A stretch of DNA of 64,000 nt. It comes from Acidobacteriota bacterium (lineage in GTDB: Bacteria > Acidobacteriota > UBA6911 > RPQK01 > JAJDTT01). The position numbers and the translations under genes were made by a program. Under the pieces are notes generated by a model. The model saw nothing but the letters and a program-made list of their open reading frames with translations. It made no database searches and was not told the DNA's origin. Below, piece by piece: positions 41,618 through 51,600 of this stretch (position 1 is the first letter of the stretch; each line of letters opens with the position of its first letter). Location of the stretch: NCBI GenBank assembly GCA_965263035.1, contig OZ253580.1, positions 416,001 through 480,000 of the forward strand. The letters are read 5' to 3'.

Positions 41618-43045
41618 ATGTCCTTCAACCGAGCCCTGACCGTAGCGCTAATCGCAACTTTGCTCCCGACCGCCGCGCCTTACTTGCACGGCCAAGAGGA
41701 ATTGCGGAATGTCAATGGACTCATCTTCGACCTGAGGCACCCGGAGCTGGAGCGACGGAAGACGGCGGTCGTAGCGCTGGGAAAGCATCGGATTCGGCGG
41801 GCTGTCCCCGAACTGTCGAGGCTGGTCAAGGATCCGGATGACCTGCTCCGGACGGCGCTGGCCCGGGCGCTCGTCAAGATCAACGACATCAGGGCTCTTT
41901 CGGCCCTGATGACCCTCTGCCACGATTCCAGGAAGCAGACCCAACTCGTGGCGATGCGCGGACTGGTCAGTCTCTATGTGACCACTCCGGACGGCTTCAT
42001 CCAGGGGATGAAACGCGTCGTCGGTTTTGTGAATCCCGCGAATGATGACTACAACCCCCTGATCGTGGAACCTTACGTTTCCGTCAGCCCTGAAGCCATC
42101 GACACCCTGGCCACTTTGCTGAGCTCCCCGGACGCGGACATTCGCAGGAACGCCGCCTTTTCGCTGGGAATCCTTCGCGGCCGTCGAGGCCTACCTGCCC
42201 TCCAGGAAGCCTTGGAACTGGAGCCGGACAACGGCGCGAAGGTGGAGATGATCCGCGCCATTTACAAGATCGGAGATCCCGAAGGGGGCGTCGCACTGAT
42301 TCCCCTGATCTGGGACCCGGACAAGAAGGTTCACGACGAGGCCATCTTCGCTCTGGGACGCCTGAAGGTGGAATCAGCGGTCCCGGCGCTGACGGAGCTG
42401 TACAACAGCGGAGTCACGGAGCGGAAGAAGATTCTCGGCGGACTGGTCCCCGTGAGTCGCAGCGACGATCTGAGGCGGAAGACCCTGGAGGCCCTCGCCT
42501 ACATCGGCGATCCTGGCTCCCGGCCAATATTCATTGAGGCGATCGCGGACGAAAGAGCGACCTTCCGGCGGTATGGCGCCGAGGGTCTGGGCCGACTCGG
42601 AGACCCGGACCTCGTCCCCACGTTGGCGCCCATATTCCAGAGGGAAAAAGATCCCGAGGTGATACTGGCGGTGAGCTTCGCCCTCTTTCGTCTGGGCGGC
42701 GAGGAGCATCTCCCCGAGTTGGTGGACCAGATCAATACGGATCAAGTCTACTTTTATCTGTTGGAGCTGGAACCGGATGAGGTTCCCAAGCTCCATCCCC
42801 TACTCCCGCTGCACACCAGGGATCCCGCCGTTCAAGTCCGCCTCCTGGACGTGATCGGTCAGCGCGGCGACGCCTCTTCCCTGGAGGTGGTGGAACCCCT
42901 GACCCGGAGCGAGAACTCCGACGTGATCTCCTCGGCAAATGTAGCCCTGAGGCGGCTGCAGGGCCGGCATCCCGGTGCGACCTTGAGTTCCATGGTGGTC
43001 GCCCCGGGCGGCACCGGTACCGGTGCCGCTATACCGGCGAACTGA
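41618..43045 (+). CDS. Exported HEAT/PBS-lyase repeat protein
   Basis: Signal peptide; repeated R..A..ALG.L....AVP.L units; GGAGGA RBS. Confidence 0.85.
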   Translation: MSFNRALTVALIATLLPTAAPYLHGQEELRNVNGLIFDLRHPELERRKTAVVALGKHRIRRAVPELSRLVKDPDDLLRTALARALVKINDIRALSALMTLCHDSRKQTQLVAMRGLVSLYVTTPDGFIQGMKRVVGFVNPANDDYNPLIVEPYVSVSPEAIDTLATLLSSPDADIRRNAAFSLGILRGRRGLPALQEALELEPDNGAKVEMIRAIYKIGDPEGGVALIPLIWDPDKKVHDEAIFALGRLKVESAVPALTELYNSGVTERKKILGGLVPVSRSDDLRRKTLEALAYIGDPGSRPIFIEAIADERATFRRYGAEGLGRLGDPDLVPTLAPIFQREKDPEVILAVSFALFRLGGEEHLPELVDQINTDQVYFYLLELEPDEVPKLHPLLPLHTRDPAVQVRLLDVIGQRGDASSLEVVEPLTRSENSDVISSANVALRRLQGRHPGATLSSMVVAPGGTGTGAAIPAN

Positions 43046-43063
43046 CGGGCAACGCAGGGAGAC

Positions 43064-44533
43064 TCAGTCCAGTCCCAGGCGAGGCCAGAGCCGGTCCACT
43101 CGCTCCCGGACATCATCATCCATGATGATCTCGTCGGGCCAGTCCCTCTGGAACCCCTCTTCCGGCCATTTCCGAGTCGCGTCGATCCCCATCTTGGATC
43201 CGAAGTTGGGCAGGCGGGAGGCGTGGTCCAGGGAGTCGACGGGGCCCAGCGTGAACTGGATGTCCCGCTCCGGATCGATATGGTTGAGGGCTCTCCAGAC
43301 AACCTCCGGGTAGTCGTTGAGATCGGCCTCCTCGTCCAGCACCAGAACGCACTTGGAAAACATGGCCTGACCCATCCCCCAGATAGCGCTCATGATCTTG
43401 CGGGCGTGTCCCGGATATCGTTTTCGGATACGGACCAGGACCAGATTGTGAAAGATGCCCTCGAAGGGCATGTGCATGTCCAGGATCTCCGGAAGCTGCT
43501 TGCGAATCAGGGGCAGGAAGATCCGCTCCACGGCATATCCCATGTAGCAGTCCTCCTGGGGAGGCTTGCCCACGATGATGGTCTGGTAGATGGGGTTTCG
43601 GCGGTGGGTGACGCAGGTCACGTGAAAGACCGGGTACTCGTCCGCCAGGGAATAGTAGCCGGTGTGATCTCCGAAGGGTCCTTCGGTGCGGAGCTCGTCC
43701 AGATTGACGTACCCTTCCAGAACGATCTCGGCATTGGCCGGAACCTCCAGGTCGACGGTCTTGCAGGCCGTCATCTGCACCGGTGACCGCCGGAGGAACC
43801 CGGCGAACATCATCTCATCCAGGTCGTCGGGCAAGGGAGCGATGGCGGAGAAGACGGTGGCAGGGTCCGCACCGATGGCGGCTGCCACTTCCATACGCCT
43901 TCCACCCGCATCGGCGCCGCCGATGCGGACGGCCTCTCGAAAATGCTGGGCGCCGTGCTTGTGGGTCTGCCAGTGCATGGCTGTGGTCCGTTCGTCGAAG
44001 ACCTGCATGCGGTACATGCCACAGTTGCGCTTTCCCGTCTCCGGATTCTTGCTGAAGACCAGGGGCATGGTGATGAAGCGGCCGCCGTCCCCGGGCCAGC
44101 ATTGGAGAATGGGGAAATCCAACAGCGAGAACTCTCCCGTCTTGACGACCTCCTGGCAGACACCCCGGCGCACCATCTTCGGCGTCAGGGACGCCAATTC
44201 GGTGAGCTTGGGAAGCAGTTTCAACTTGTCCATCGCACCCGAGGGGGCCTTCAGGTCCAGCAAGGCCTCGATCCGATCCGCAATCTGATTCACGGAATCG
44301 ACTCCCAGGGCCAGATTCATCCGGTTGTAGGAGCCAAGGGCATTAATGAGGAGCGGATGGTTTGACCCCTTGGGATTCTCGAAAAGCAAGGCAGGACCCA
44401 TGCGCTTCGAGACCCGATCCGTGATCTCGGCGATCTCCAGCACCGGGTCCACCGGTGCGTCGATGCGTCTCAGCTCTCCCTGTTGTTCCAGGACTTGGAC
44501 GAACTCTCTCAGATCCCGGTGCGGGTACCTCAT
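43064..44533 (-). CDS. UbiD-family prFMN decarboxylase (menaquinone biosynthesis type)
   Basis: DLREF..LEIAEI..GPALLFE, NCGMYRMQ, EGPFGDHTGYY, LDHAS..GSKMGIDATRK. Confidence 0.93.
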   Translation of the reverse strand: MRYPHRDLREFVQVLEQQGELRRIDAPVDPVLEIAEITDRVSKRMGPALLFENPKGSNHPLLINALGSYNRMNLALGVDSVNQIADRIEALLDLKAPSGAMDKLKLLPKLTELASLTPKMVRRGVCQEVVKTGEFSLLDFPILQCWPGDGGRFITMPLVFSKNPETGKRNCGMYRMQVFDERTTAMHWQTHKHGAQHFREAVRIGGADAGGRRMEVAAAIGADPATVFSAIAPLPDDLDEMMFAGFLRRSPVQMTACKTVDLEVPANAEIVLEGYVNLDELRTEGPFGDHTGYYSLADEYPVFHVTCVTHRRNPIYQTIIVGKPPQEDCYMGYAVERIFLPLIRKQLPEILDMHMPFEGIFHNLVLVRIRKRYPGHARKIMSAIWGMGQAMFSKCVLVLDEEADLNDYPEVVWRALNHIDPERDIQFTLGPVDSLDHASRLPNFGSKMGIDATRKWPEEGFQRDWPDEIIMDDDVRERVDRLWPRLGLD

Positions 44534-44817
44534 CTCAGCCCTACCTTCCCCAGGAGGTCATCCAGTTCCTGCCGGAACGCCTCCCGGTTCAGATCGCGGC
44601 TCCCTTCGGGTCCGTCCACCCGAAACAACTCCGCGTGCCGGATCGCCTCCGCAGGCGAGGGCAAGCCCCTCAGCTCACTCAAGGCGAGGAACCGGCCGTA
44701 GTTGTTGGAGCGTTCCAGGCCCCCCGAACTCACACGGATGAAGCCGGTATCGGAGCTCCCCAGCCAGATCTGGCAATCCCGCAGCCGGCAATAGTCGGAA
44801 ATCTCTTCAAGGGTCAT
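44530..44817 (-). CDS. Small hypothetical protein coupled to the UbiD gene
   Basis: 95-aa ORF with ATGA overlap; the longer track ORF runs into a REP array. Confidence 0.55.
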   Translation of the reverse strand: MTLEEISDYCRLRDCQIWLGSSDTGFIRVSSGGLERSNNYGRFLALSELRGLPSPAEAIRHAELFRVDGPEGSRDLNREAFRQELDDLLGKVGLR

Positions 44818-44874
44818 GGCCAACAACTGGTTATTCTCCAATGCGGTCCATTCCAGGTCAAACCCCAGGTGGTG

Positions 44875-45026
44875 GGAGCGGCGGCTTTCTTGCTGCCGAA
44901 CAGGGGGTAAAGGGGGGACGGCAAGTCCCCCCTTTACAGTCTCGTTCGGTCGCGTGCGGAGCGTGTGACGAGGTGAACGAGTAGTGTGTCCAGGAAATCT
45001 GAGCGGGCGCTTTTCTGCCGCCCTCC
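44875..45026. repeat. REP/BIME-like palindromic array B
   Basis: GGAGCGGCGGCTTTCTTGCTGCCG plus GTAAAGGGGGGACGGCAAGTCCCCCCTTTAC. Confidence 0.8.
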
Positions 45027-45046
45027 GCCCAGCTAACCTGAGAGGC

Positions 45047-45922
45047 ATGTCAAATCAACACGAGGCCCTTCTGGGAGCGCACATGTCGATTGCGGGAGGC
45101 ATTCCCAAGTCTCTCGACCGGGCCATGGACGCCGGCTGCAACGTCCTCCAGATCTTCGTCAAGAACAACAACCAATGGCGGGGCCGGGTCCTGCTCGATC
45201 CGGAGGTCCACGAATTCCGGCAACGCTGGGCCGAATCCCCTATCCGCCAGGTCGTGGCCCACGACTCCTACCTGATCAATCTGGCGTCGCCCAAAGAGGA
45301 ACTCTGGGAACGGTCGATCGCCGCCTTCCTGGATGAGATGGATCGCTGCGAGCGGCTGAGCTTGAGCCATCTGGTCACTCACCCGGGAGCCCACGTGGGG
45401 GCCGGGGAGGCCTGGGGCATCGACCGGATCGCGGCGGCCCTGAAACGGATCCTGGAGAGAACGGCCTCCTACCGGGTCAAGATCGCCCTGGAGACCACCG
45501 CCGGCCAGGGGACCACGCTGGGTCACCGCTTCCAACATCTGCGGGACATCCTGGCGGGTTGCGGTTCTCCGGAGCAGATCGTGGTCTGCATGGACACGTG
45601 TCACGTTTTCGCCGCCGGCTACGACATCAGAACCGAGGAGGGTTACGCCGGCGTCATGGAACAGTTCGCACAGGCCGTGGGACTGGACAAACTGGAAGTG
45701 CTTCATTTCAACGACAGCAAGCGATCTTTCGGAAGCCGGGTGGACCGGCACGAGCACATCGGTCAAGGACATATCGGGAAAGCAGGGTTCGGCTGGTTTC
45801 TGAACGACCCCAGGCTGGTCCAGGTCCCAAAGTTGCTGGAGACCCCCAAAGAGAACGAGGGGGAGGCCGACCGGAGAAACCTGAAGGTGCTGCGCTCGTT
45901 GTTGGACAACCCTGAACCATGA
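45047..45922 (+). CDS. nfo: Endonuclease IV
   Basis: LGAHMSIAGG, QIFVKN, HDSYLINL, HPG, LETTAGQG, DTCHVFAAGYD, HFNDSK, DRHEHIG, LETP. Confidence 0.96.
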   Translation: MSNQHEALLGAHMSIAGGIPKSLDRAMDAGCNVLQIFVKNNNQWRGRVLLDPEVHEFRQRWAESPIRQVVAHDSYLINLASPKEELWERSIAAFLDEMDRCERLSLSHLVTHPGAHVGAGEAWGIDRIAAALKRILERTASYRVKIALETTAGQGTTLGHRFQHLRDILAGCGSPEQIVVCMDTCHVFAAGYDIRTEEGYAGVMEQFAQAVGLDKLEVLHFNDSKRSFGSRVDRHEHIGQGHIGKAGFGWFLNDPRLVQVPKLLETPKENEGEADRRNLKVLRSLLDNPEP

Positions 45923-46317
45923 GCGCCTACACCGACAAGGAACGGGAAGAGATCATCCTGGAGTACTTCGGCTCTGCGTCCGAAGACGAGCCGCTCTGCC
46001 CCGACTGTGGAGAAGTCCTGGGGTTCCTATCCCGATACCCCTCAGGAGATTCTCCCTACCGGCTCCAGGTGGATTGTCCCGACTGCCACGCCCGATTCAT
46101 TTGGGAACAGGACCGGGACCGGGAGGCCTGGACCTCGATGCAGCTCTCCTACTGCCGGGAACGGCATCGTCAAGGTGAAACACCCCGCTGTCCGGTGGAC
46201 GATTCCTACGTTATCTGCACCGAGTTCAACGACGGCGCGGTGGAGTTTCGCTGTCCCTACTGCAACCGGAGCGGCCGGGCACGGGCGAGCGGAGGCTCAC
46301 CCATCCCCGAAGCTTAG
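45919..46317 (+). CDS. Small zinc-ribbon-like protein
   Basis: CPDC, CPDC, CPVD, CPYC; ATGA overlap with nfo. Confidence 0.7.
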   Translation: MSAYTDKEREEIILEYFGSASEDEPLCPDCGEVLGFLSRYPSGDSPYRLQVDCPDCHARFIWEQDRDREAWTSMQLSYCRERHRQGETPRCPVDDSYVICTEFNDGAVEFRCPYCNRSGRARASGGSPIPEA

Positions 46318-46345
46318 AATCTCAAAGTGCATCGAAGGGGCGGCC

Positions 46346-46524
46346 GGACGAGCGACATTCTTGTCGCCTGCCAGGAGGGGCGACTTTCTTGTCGCCCACT
46401 GGGACAGGCGACTTTCTTGTCGCCTGCTCCGGACTGAAGAGGGGGGACTTGCCGTCCCCCCTACCCCCCCTGAGCGGCGACAAGAAAGTCGCCGCTCCCG
46501 CTCGGCGGCTGGAAAGCCGCCGCT
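46346..46524. repeat. REP/BIME-like palindromic array C
   Basis: Shares ~55 nearly identical bp with array A; its right half is the reverse complement of array B. Confidence 0.85.
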
Positions 46525-46590
46525 TGCGGGTGCTACCATTTGCCGCGATTTTTTCGCTTTTTGGTAACAGAACCGAGGGGGTAGAGAGAC

Positions 46591-47208
46591 ATGAAGAACT
46601 ACGTGGTCGAGTTCATAGGGGCATTCTTCCTGGTGCTGGTCATCGGATTGGCCTCGGGAGACCTGGCGCCGTTGGCCATCGGCGGTGCGCTGATGATCAT
46701 GGTCTACATGGGAGGCCACGTCTCGGGCGCCCACTACAATCCGGCCGTTTCCATCGCCTGTCTGGTCCGGGGCGCCCTGGACGGCGCCACTACGGGAATC
46801 TACATCGTGAGCCAGATCCTGGGAGCCCTGGCGGGAGCCTGCACGGCCACCTTCCTGAGCGGCCAAGCGACCACGGTGGCCCCCGGTGACGGCGTCAGCG
46901 CCACGAATGCGCTCCTGGCCGAGTTCCTCCTGACCTTCGCGCTGGCCTCGGTGGTCCTGAATGTCGCCACTTCCAAGGACCATCCGAACAACTCGTTCTA
47001 TGGACTGGCCATCGGATTCACCATCTTCGTCGGAGCCGTTTCCGTGGGTCCCATCTCGGGAGGGGCCTTCAACCCGGCGGTGGCGCTGGGCCACAACATC
47101 GTCTCCGGTTCGCTGGGGAACATCTGGATCTACCTGCTGGGACCTGTCGCCGGCGGCGTTGCGGCCTCACTCGTCTTCAAAATCACGAATCCTGACGAGT
47201 TCGCGTAG
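46591..47208 (+). CDS. Aquaporin (MIP family)
   Basis: VSGAHYNPAVS and SGGAFNPAVA. Confidence 0.95.
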   Translation: MKNYVVEFIGAFFLVLVIGLASGDLAPLAIGGALMIMVYMGGHVSGAHYNPAVSIACLVRGALDGATTGIYIVSQILGALAGACTATFLSGQATTVAPGDGVSATNALLAEFLLTFALASVVLNVATSKDHPNNSFYGLAIGFTIFVGAVSVGPISGGAFNPAVALGHNIVSGSLGNIWIYLLGPVAGGVAASLVFKITNPDEFA

Positions 47209-47342
47209 TCGGTTTCCAACCGCCGGATCGGTACAGCGGGAAACCGGCCTCATCGGAAATCCGTTTTTGAGCATGATGGGCCCCCCACGCATGGTTCCAT
47301 TCCAATATTGAGTAAAATTAGGCATTATCGTATCATGAAGGA

Positions 47343-48620
47343 ATGGCCAGCTATGAACGGGCCCAAATCTCGACGCTCCTCGACCGCCTTGAGGAGACTC
47401 CTCACCGGCTGATCATCATCACCGGACCGCGCCAGACGGGCAAGACGACTCTTGTCGACCAAGCTCTGAATCGGATTCGACAACCTCATCACTATCTGGC
47501 CGTCGATGAACCTGAAACGGCGATGTTGCCCCCCTTCCCGAGGCTCGCCGAGGGCCTGACCGCGCCCTCCAAACAGTCGTTCATCCCACTCGGAGGCGAG
47601 AGAGACATACAGTGGCTGGTCCACCATTGGGAACGGGCCCGGATTGAGGCCAGCCGTTCGGAACGGGGCTTCGTTCTGGTGTTTGACGAGATCCAGAAAA
47701 TCCGGAACTGGTCCGAAGCGGTGAAAGGGCTCTGGGACGCAGACCGGCGCCACGGCCGCGCGCTCCATGTGGTCCTTCTGGGCTCGGCCCCGCTGCTCAT
47801 GCAGAAAGGGATGAGCGAGAGCTTGGCCGGCCGTTTCGAGACCATCCGTCTCCGACACTGGTCGTTTGCGGAGATGGCGGCGGCATTCGATTTCGATCTT
47901 GCGAGCTACGTCTATTTCGGAGGCTATCCTGGGGCCGCGCCGCTCACGCGCCAGCAGGACCGGTGGCGCGACTACATCCTGACCTCGCTGGTCGAGCCGA
48001 ACATCGAGCGCGACGTTCTCGCCATGCACCGCGTCAACAAGCCGGCGCTTTTGAAACGGCTGTTCGATCTCGGTGCCGGGTATTCCGGCCAGATCCTTTC
48101 CTACACCAAGATGCTGGGCCAACTGCAGGACGCGGGGAACACGACGACCCTCGCGCACTATCTTGATCTGTTGTCGGCTGCCGGTCTGATCACCGGGCTT
48201 CCCAAATACGTTGGGGGAGCTTATCGGCGCAGAGCTTCGAGCCCCAAGCTGAACGTGCTCAACACCGCACTCATGTCGGCTCAGTCCGACTACACGTTTC
48301 AGGAGGCCACGTTGGATCGCAGCTTCTGGGGACGACTGGTCGAAAGCGCGGTTGGCGCCCATCTGTACAACACGGGCACCCCCGAGCTTCGCATCTACTA
48401 TTGGCGCCACAACGTCCACGAGGTGGATTTCGTCCTGGAACGTGGCCGCCGCCTCGTCGCTATCGAAGTAAAAAGTGGCGTACAACGGCGAACCGTCAGC
48501 GGACTTCGAAAATTCGGCGAGCGCTTCAAAGTTGAGAACTCCATTCTGGTCGGTACGGGAGGCATCCCTCTGCCGGAATTTCTCTCGGTTCCAGCAAGAG
48601 AGTGGTTTGAAGGCTCATGA
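47343..48620 (+). CDS. AAA_14 ATPase with DUF4143 / PD-(D/E)xK C-terminus
   Basis: GPRQTGKT, FDEIQ, LGS, ESLAGR, GGYP, GRLVES, EVDFVL..AIEVKSG. Confidence 0.92.
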   Translation: MASYERAQISTLLDRLEETPHRLIIITGPRQTGKTTLVDQALNRIRQPHHYLAVDEPETAMLPPFPRLAEGLTAPSKQSFIPLGGERDIQWLVHHWERARIEASRSERGFVLVFDEIQKIRNWSEAVKGLWDADRRHGRALHVVLLGSAPLLMQKGMSESLAGRFETIRLRHWSFAEMAAAFDFDLASYVYFGGYPGAAPLTRQQDRWRDYILTSLVEPNIERDVLAMHRVNKPALLKRLFDLGAGYSGQILSYTKMLGQLQDAGNTTTLAHYLDLLSAAGLITGLPKYVGGAYRRRASSPKLNVLNTALMSAQSDYTFQEATLDRSFWGRLVESAVGAHLYNTGTPELRIYYWRHNVHEVDFVLERGRRLVAIEVKSGVQRRTVSGLRKFGERFKVENSILVGTGGIPLPEFLSVPAREWFEGS

Positions 48621-51600
48621 CTCATTACGTCGCTCGTACCTGTACCGAGATCCGTGAAAAAGACGAGCGGGGCGAGTCCGAAATTCGTTCCCGGTCTCTC
48701 GATGATTTTCGGGACCTGGATGCCTACGTGCTGCTCGGCGCGCCCGGAGCGGGTAAGACGGAGGCTTTCAAACGAGAAGCTGCAATGTGTCCTGACGGGC
48801 GGCGCGTTTCCGCGCGCAACTTGGTTAGGTCTACCGACAGGTACAGATGGCATGACGCAACCCTGTTCATCGATGGGCTCGATGAGATCCGGGCGGGGTC
48901 GACGGATGGGCGTACGCCGCTCGATCGAATTCATAGCAAGCTCAACTCCCTCGGATGCCCTCGATTTCGCCTGTCCTGCCGGGAGGCTGACTGGTTCGGA
49001 GCCAACGATCGAACTCACCTGAAAACGGTTTCGGCAGACGGCGAGGTCAGTGTGCTGAGACTAGACCCGCTGTCCGAGGACAATATCCGAGAGATATTGC
49101 GCCGAAATCTCCATATCCATGACGCCGACAGCTTCATCGCGTCGGCCCGCGAGAGAGGCATCAATGGATTGCTCCCGAATCCCCAAAGTCTGCGGATGCT
49201 GGCCGCCGCGGTCGCTGGTGGCCGTTGGCCCGAGACGCGGAAGGAAACCTTTGATTTGGCGTGCCGGACACTGCTCAAGGAACACAACCGAGAACATCAG
49301 ATAGCAAAGCGGGATGCTTTCGATATTTCCAGCCTGATGGACGTGGCGGGTCGCCTATGCGTCGTGCAACTACTGACAGGCAACGCCGGGTACGCCCTCA
49401 CCGGGAATGGAATCGGTGATACTGACTACCCGGGCTTGGAACAAATTCCGGGAGACAATCGTCCAATTCTACGACACACGTTGGGCACCAAATTGTTCGA
49501 GGGGCCCTCCGAGGGTCGATTAGCTCCCGTACACCGGCAGGTTGGCGAGTTTCTGGCTGCAAGATACCTCGCGAGTCTTATTGGCAAAGGCCTGCCTGTC
49601 GGACGGATTCTCGCCTTGCTGACGGGACATGACGGCGTCCCCGTGTCGGAGCTGCGCGGTCTTACGGCTTGGCTTGCAGCCCATAGCAAGACCAGCCGAT
49701 CGGAGATCATCGCACGGGACCCGCTCGGAACGATCCTCTATGGCGACGTTCGAGAATTCTCCACCCACGAGAAACGCCGATTGTTGGAATACCTGGATCG
49801 GGAAGCGAAAACGAAACCCTGGTTCTGGGGCTTGTTCGGAATGGATGCTCGGTTGGGAGATATCACCACGCCAGACATGGGAGAGGCAATCAGAGAGACA
49901 TTGCGTGACTCGGCGCGAGACGATGCGAGGCAATCCTTCGTTCGGATTGTACTCATGTCGGTCACGCATAACCGCGTCCTCGCAGGGCTTTCCGTTCCAA
50001 TAATCCAGATCGTGAGAGACGATAACTGGACCCCAGGAGTGAGACTTGCGGCTATTGACGCGCTCACGAGACAAATGGGCAAAACCGAAGCGGCAGTCGC
50101 CCGTCTCAAGTCGTTACTGGAGGACATCGAATCCGGATCGGTGTCCGACCCGGAGGATGAACTGTTGGGTTCCCTGCTGACCCAGCTTTATCCCGTGAAG
50201 CTGTCGCCAACCGAAGTCCTGCGATATTTTCGGAGACCCAAAGTCGCGCCATATATCGGTACATATTTATTGTTCTGGGTGAATAGAGTTCCGAATATCT
50301 CAACGAATTCTCAGCTTGCCCAGCTTTTGGATGCGATCGCCCGAGATTACCAGCAGTTGTCGCCTGAATTCGTGGGGCTCGAGGAACAAGTCAATCCCCT
50401 GCGCCGAGTACCCCTCTTACTGCTGAAGCGTTTTCTCGAAACTTTGGATAAGAACATTTCCCCGAATCGCCTCTTGAAGTGGTTGAAGATTGTATCAATT
50501 CCAGAGTTTCGAGAATCACCGGATCAGGTTGAATTCATCCGAAACTGGCTGATTTGCCGTCCCAGCTTGCTCCAGGAGACCCTCACACTAGGAGTAGAGC
50601 TTTGCGCCGATTCGGGGAATTTCTCCCACTGCGTAAATGAGATGGAGCGTCGCTTGTTTGACGTTCCGTGGCCACCGGAATGGTGTCTTGAGCAAGCGCT
50701 GTCCTCTACCAACCGCAACGTCGCCAGACATTTCATTCAAAGGGTCGCCGATTTTGTGCATGGACACCCGAGCGACGAGAGTCTTTCGCGAGGCAAGGTC
50801 AGGGACCGACTTGTTGAAAACCCCATTCTCATGCGTGCGTTCGACCAACGGCTGACGTTCTTCGGAGATATTATTACTCAGCAGAAGGACCAACGGTTGC
50901 AGTATGATGAGAATAAGAGACAGTTCAAGCAGGATTGGTGCGACCGCGTAAGTGCTCACAAAACGGCATTACGCGAAAATCGATGTCCACCCGCGTTACT
51001 CCACGATCTAGCCTTAGCGTATATGGGCCACTTCGTCAATGTTGAGGGTGAGACGCCTCTGGCCCGACTGGAAAACCTTCTGGACAACGACCAGGATCTG
51101 ATCCATGCCGTCTTGGAGGGACTTCGTGGATCGATCGAGCGAAGCGATCTTCCCCGCGCAGACAAGGTTTTACAACTTGACACTCAGAATCAGCAGCACC
51201 TTCTGACGTGGCCGTTCATGGCCGGATTGGAAGAGGCCACTCATACTGCTTCGAAACGCAAGTTCTCGCTTCATGAAAAGCAGATGCGCTTGGCCCTCAC
51301 GATTCATTTTACCGTCTTGATGCCCTTTGGCGCACCGCAGAGCCCGAGGTGGATTCCTTCATTGCTGACGTCCCATCCGGATGTAGTCGCTGAAGTTCTG
51401 GTTTCATCCGTCCGATCCAAGATCAATAGCAATGCAAATTTTGCTGACTACCTATACGAATTGGCGCAGTTGGAAGATCACGCAGAGGTCGCCCGTTTGG
51501 CTACATTACCATTGTTGAAGGTGTTTCCGGTGCGCTGTAGCAGACGGCATCTGCCAGCTTTGCAGGTATTGTTGGAAATGGCTCTTCGCCACTGTGAGGA

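Noticed and set aside
47325-48485. 386-aa minus-strand ORF (and 57205-58407, 400 aa)
   Set aside because: Antisense shadows of the AAA_14 and AlbA_2 genes
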